DNA of 50,977 nucleotides, from IMG/VR virus record IMGVR_UViG_3300045733_000207, positions 1 to 50,977 of that record. One strand, written 5' to 3'. The stretch comes from a virus (taxonomy: Duplodnaviria > Caudoviricetes). The notes beneath the pieces were generated by a model that ran no database searches, was not told where the DNA came from, and was given only the letters and a program-made list of their open reading frames with translations. Shown one piece after another: positions 47,488 through 50,977 of this stretch (position 1 is the stretch's first letter; every line of letters begins with the position of its first letter). The position numbers were made by a program, and so were the translations under genes.

Positions 47488-47949
47488 ATGTCCGAAGAAC
47501 AGGAAACAGTAACGGCAGTAAAAGGCAAACGTGGACGACCAAGACTGGACAGGAAACCAGCACCGGACGTTTCCATTGTTGAAGAAGTCTATAAAGACCC
47601 GCGCCAGAAGAAGATTGATGAGGCGTGGCGATTGAAGGCGAAAGAGGAAGGCTGGAACAGTGAACAGTTGGCAGAAGCCAAAAAGAAATGGCATTTGTAC
47701 TTTTCACTGAACAACGCCGATCCCGACACAATGGAATCAGAAGGTTATATCCCGTTTGAAGTGTTGAAGAAAAACAGTCAAGAAAAGAAACAAGTGCTGG
47801 ATCGCGGGGACAGACTTTGGATGAAAGATGCGAAAGAGGCACAACGTGCCATTGATGCACCGGGGCGTATGGCTACGGAAATGCTCAGTGACACGTTAGA
47901 CGCCAATTCCGACAAGTATCGTACAGAGTTTGATAAGAACCCCGAATGA
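47488..47949 (+). CDS. Hypothetical head-module protein
   Basis: Charged protein with KRGRPR (AT-hook-like) motif. Confidence 0.6.
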   Translation: MSEEQETVTAVKGKRGRPRLDRKPAPDVSIVEEVYKDPRQKKIDEAWRLKAKEEGWNSEQLAEAKKKWHLYFSLNNADPDTMESEGYIPFEVLKKNSQEKKQVLDRGDRLWMKDAKEAQRAIDAPGRMATEMLSDTLDANSDKYRTEFDKNPE

Positions 47950-47974
47950 TCCTCGCTTTTGGAGGATATAAGTC

Positions 47975-48505
47975 ATGGCAGCTTTAACAGCTATGAACCC
48001 TGCAATGGTGTCAGACGGAATTATGGCAACCGTTGACCTGTTGGTGAAGGGTGTGGCAACAAACATACCGTGGGCGGCAGGTCAGTTCCTGTTCGTTGAT
48101 ACGTCAGGATTGGCCAAGGCTTGCGTAACAAGCGCGGCAACGGTAGCCACATCAGGTGGTATCAAGTATTATGCGCTCACGAGTCAAGCACTCGGCGCGG
48201 CTGGTACGGATACCGTTGTGGCGGAAGTCGGGATCATAACAGACGACATGGAGTGGGAAGGCAATGAACTCGATGGCGATCTTGCTCAGGGCGACATTGG
48301 ACTACAGACGGGCATTAACGTCACAGCGGCCAGCACTACTGGCAGTATTGTGACGGTTGATGAAAGTCTCACGTCCTATCCGCACATTGAGATCACGAAT
48401 ATCGGGCATCTGTTTGATCCTGCTCAGTATGCGAGCACGGACACAGTTGCGAAAGTAAGATTCAAGGTTCTCCCGATCGCGTTGAACGCTGTCAGGATTG
48501 CATAA
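47975..48505 (+). CDS. Putative head decoration/cement protein
   Basis: GGAGG RBS; Ala/Thr/Gly-rich; immediately before the major capsid gene. Confidence 0.6.
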   Translation: MAALTAMNPAMVSDGIMATVDLLVKGVATNIPWAAGQFLFVDTSGLAKACVTSAATVATSGGIKYYALTSQALGAAGTDTVVAEVGIITDDMEWEGNELDGDLAQGDIGLQTGINVTAASTTGSIVTVDESLTSYPHIEITNIGHLFDPAQYASTDTVAKVRFKVLPIALNAVRIA

Positions 48506-48523
48506 TAGGAAAGGAGATATATC

Positions 48524-49474
48524 ATGGCTACAGCTAGTCAACTTACAAATCACTTCTCCCGACCCGGCGTATTGATGGCGGAGAACTATCAGGACGTGTT
48601 GGACTCCCGTATGGAGTTCGTCAAGCGGCGCAAGTGGGCACAGCCTCTTGAGGGCTTGGAGTACTATCAACAGAGGACTACAAACCGTGCGTATGAGAAA
48701 CATTCATACGTGTCGAGTGGTGCGATTGTTCCGAGAGCGCGAACAGTTGATGGTATTCCACTGATGCACGTTACGCCCGGTTTCGACAACACTTATACTC
48801 CGGTTGAGTATAAGCTCGGAATCAGGATTGATAAGAGGCTTCGTGAAACTGATCAGTTCAACGTGATTGATCAGCACATGGAAGACCTCAATCAGTCGGC
48901 GCGTGATACCATTGAACTCTATGCGGCACTTCCGTTTAACAACGGATTTGGCGCAACGAGCGAATGGGTTTGCGCGGATGGCATGTACCTGTTCGATTCA
49001 AGAGACAGAGAACTTGGCTCGGCTGGCACGTGGAGCAATGTGGAAACATCGTCTGCTCTTTCGCAGGCGTCTATTGCCACAATGCGGCTGGACTTCCGTA
49101 AGAACAAGAACGAGAATGGTTTACTTCGTCCGATGACGATGGACACTGTTGTCATTCCGCCTGATCTGGAAGATTCGGCTATTGTTCAGTTGGAGGGCGT
49201 TTTGAAGCCCGGTTCAAGTCTGAACGATCCGAACTACCTGTCCCGTTATGGTCTGAAGTACAAGGTATGGAATTACCTTACTTCGGCTACAGCGTGGTTT
49301 GGTATGGCGGCAAAGGACAGTCTGTATGAACTGTTCTGGTATTGGGGCGTCAAGCCTGAGATCAAGTCATACGATGTTGGCAACAATCCAGACATTGATG
49401 CCTATCGTATCAGAATGGTCTTTGTGACTGGCGCGGATAGGCCGATGGCAATAAGGGGCAACGCCGGTGCTTAG
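48524..49474 (+). CDS. Major capsid protein (HK97 fold)
   Basis: 316 aa; strong RBS; DG..LF, VVIPPDLE, NDPN, YLTSATAWF and terminal G.D...I.GNAGA motifs. Confidence 0.85.
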   Translation: MATASQLTNHFSRPGVLMAENYQDVLDSRMEFVKRRKWAQPLEGLEYYQQRTTNRAYEKHSYVSSGAIVPRARTVDGIPLMHVTPGFDNTYTPVEYKLGIRIDKRLRETDQFNVIDQHMEDLNQSARDTIELYAALPFNNGFGATSEWVCADGMYLFDSRDRELGSAGTWSNVETSSALSQASIATMRLDFRKNKNENGLLRPMTMDTVVIPPDLEDSAIVQLEGVLKPGSSLNDPNYLSRYGLKYKVWNYLTSATAWFGMAAKDSLYELFWYWGVKPEIKSYDVGNNPDIDAYRIRMVFVTGADRPMAIRGNAGA

Positions 49475-49503
49475 TCTTGCGTTGCAATGAGTTAGAACAC
49501 CCT

Positions 49504-49538
49504 TTGGGCGGGTGGGGTCACAATCCCTGCCCGTCCAA
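49504..49538 (+). promoter_or_regulatory. Hairpin with TCACAAT loop, upstream of an RBS
   Basis: TTGGGCGGGTGGGG-TCACAAT-CCCTGCCCGTCCAA. Confidence 0.55.
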
Positions 49539-49549
49539 CATAGGAGGAC

Positions 49550-50194
49550 ATGATAATGTCTAAGGAAAAAGAAAAAGAGATGAATGTGGAAGATGAGATT
49601 ACGGCAATCAAGAAGCAGTTGACAGAGTTTTCAGGTTGGCGTCGGCGTATTTCTACGAACTGGAAACAGTTTGTCAGACGATACGTTGGTGACGCTGAAC
49701 TCAAGAAAGGCAGTGACGGCGAACTGGGATTTGTGAGTCCGAGACTCATAGGCGCAATGTTGGTTAGTTTTGCTGTTGTTGTTGGACTGGCTATTGCTGT
49801 GTCCACCAACAGTACGGACATTGCACATTGGGGTACTGCGGCCATACGAGCAGACGGCAGTTACGTGACTGATGGCAATGTGGTTTCTGGTGGTGGTGTC
49901 TATACGAATGCTACCGCTACTCAGACGCCTACGCTTGTCAGCAACGCGACGTTGAAGGTCTATGGGTTGACTCAGGTAGTGGCCAACAACGGAACGATTA
50001 CTGTTGGAACCAATGTCACGGTGACGATAGGGACGGGCAGCACTTTGCCTGCTGCTAGTCTTTCCGGCAATGTGGCGTTGGCACGTCTAACTAATGTTGT
50101 AGGTACATTGAATTATGCCTACACAGGTGCAATTACGAACCTATCCATTACGATTACCAATGGCATAGTGAAGACCTGTACTGCACTCCCGTAA
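49550..50194 (+). CDS. Single-TM, Thr/Asn-rich protein after the capsid gene
   Basis: AGGAGG RBS; TM LIGAMLVSFAVVVGLAIAV; TN-rich C-terminal domain. Confidence 0.65.
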   Translation: MIMSKEKEKEMNVEDEITAIKKQLTEFSGWRRRISTNWKQFVRRYVGDAELKKGSDGELGFVSPRLIGAMLVSFAVVVGLAIAVSTNSTDIAHWGTAAIRADGSYVTDGNVVSGGGVYTNATATQTPTLVSNATLKVYGLTQVVANNGTITVGTNVTVTIGTGSTLPAASLSGNVALARLTNVVGTLNYAYTGAITNLSITITNGIVKTCTALP

Positions 50195-50213
50195 TCAAGC
50201 AAAGGAAATTGTT

Positions 50214-50246
50214 ATGTGGGGCGCGGTCACAATCCGTGTCCCACAT
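50214..50246 (+). promoter_or_regulatory. Second hairpin with TCACAAT loop, upstream of an RBS
   Basis: ATGTGGGGCGCGG-TCACAAT-CCGTGTCCCACAT. Confidence 0.55.
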
Positions 50247-50263
50247 CTTACAAGGAGAAAGAT

Positions 50264-50713
50264 ATGAAACGATTTTCCATCTTCTGTCTTACGATACTGA
50301 TTGCCTGTTCTTGCCGAGCTGGCGGCCTGTATCCCGTACCATTTGTTCTTACCAATGTGGGAACCAATGTGGCAACACCATCAAGTGCTGTAAGTGAAAT
50401 TCCGTTCACTGGCTTTGTGGAAATGATTGTCATTGATCCCACAAATGCAGTGGCCTCACTTGCCACTAACAGTCTGGCTGTTACAGTTTCGGTGTCGGGT
50501 GATAGCAGTGTAAGGAGAACCATCTATTCGGCGTCTGGCATTGTGGTTCCAACAACGGTTTATCCACAAGCACCAATCAATACTACTATTGGCGGTACAA
50601 CAACCAATTCATTCACCAAGATACCTATTGCCAACGGCAAGATCACAGTCAGTATTTACAATGATAAAACCAACTGCAACGTCAAGGCATGGCTATTCCT
50701 AAGCCTCCCTTGA
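50264..50713 (+). CDS. Signal-peptide-bearing Thr/Asn-rich beta protein
   Basis: AAGGAG RBS; MKRFSIFCLTILIACSCRA start. Confidence 0.65.
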   Translation: MKRFSIFCLTILIACSCRAGGLYPVPFVLTNVGTNVATPSSAVSEIPFTGFVEMIVIDPTNAVASLATNSLAVTVSVSGDSSVRRTIYSASGIVVPTTVYPQAPINTTIGGTTTNSFTKIPIANGKITVSIYNDKTNCNVKAWLFLSLP

Positions 50714-50730
50714 AGAAGGGAGGGTTTTGT

Positions 50731-50977
50731 ATGAGCGTGGACGTGTCCGCACTTGTAACGCAAAAAGCTCGTAAATTCGGGGCTAGTGAGTCTTCCCAGG
50801 ATTTTGTTCAAATCTGCATTGACTCCATCAACTACATCATATCCGACATCAATGAACGACTGTACCTTACTACAGCATTGATTGCGGGTGTGAATGAAAC
50901 CATTGCACTTGATCAACAGACGTATCAGGGTTTGATCTCGCTTGGACTGGATTACTACATTTCTGATCAGGGGCAGT
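50731..50977 (+). CDS. 5' part of a ~124-aa protein spanning the join (continues to 255); possible head-tail adaptor
   Basis: ATG 50731 after GGAGG; 40 codons to 50850, then in frame with ORF 28..255; function inferred only from size and position after the capsid genes. Confidence 0.6.
   Translation, partial: MSVDVSALVTQKARKFGASESSQDFVQICIDSINYIISDINERLYLTTALIAGVNETIALDQQTYQGLISLGLDYYISDQGQ
50851..50977. repeat. Terminal direct repeat (copy of 1-127)
   Basis: Exact sequence identity. Confidence 0.95.

Noticed and set aside
1-50977. Integrase/IntI or a lysogeny module
   Set aside because: I recognised no ORF with tyrosine (R..HxxR..Y) or serine recombinase motifs; a very divergent small recombinase cannot be excluded without profile searches.

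Overview
The window is an apparently complete, circularly permuted ~50.85 kb tailed-phage genome: bases 1-127 are identical to 50851-50977, and one gene reads across the join. It has a head module (terminase, GroES-like protein, portal, scaffold, major capsid). There is no recognisable tape measure or sheath, but there are large ejection-type proteins, so it is podovirus-like. It also has a Thr/Asn-rich, signal-peptide-bearing structural block, a lysis-like block with two papain-fold peptidases, and a replication and modification block (SNF2-like helicase, primase-helicase, three DNA methyltransferases). I found no integrase. The most striking feature is a set of about 10 integron attC-like hairpins in three loci (20.85-21.27 kb, 27.64-30.58 kb, ~40.8-41.05 kb). 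They delimit gene cassettes with self-complementary ends. They are in the opposite orientation to canonical integron cassettes, and several carry the RBS and start codon of their gene inside the hairpin loop. Every gene that reads through a site does so with the core AAC as an in-frame codon. Two of the arrays end in the same non-palindromic attI-like motif, AAC-N5-AATATGCGTCA. All function calls come from motif recognition by eye; no database searches were run.
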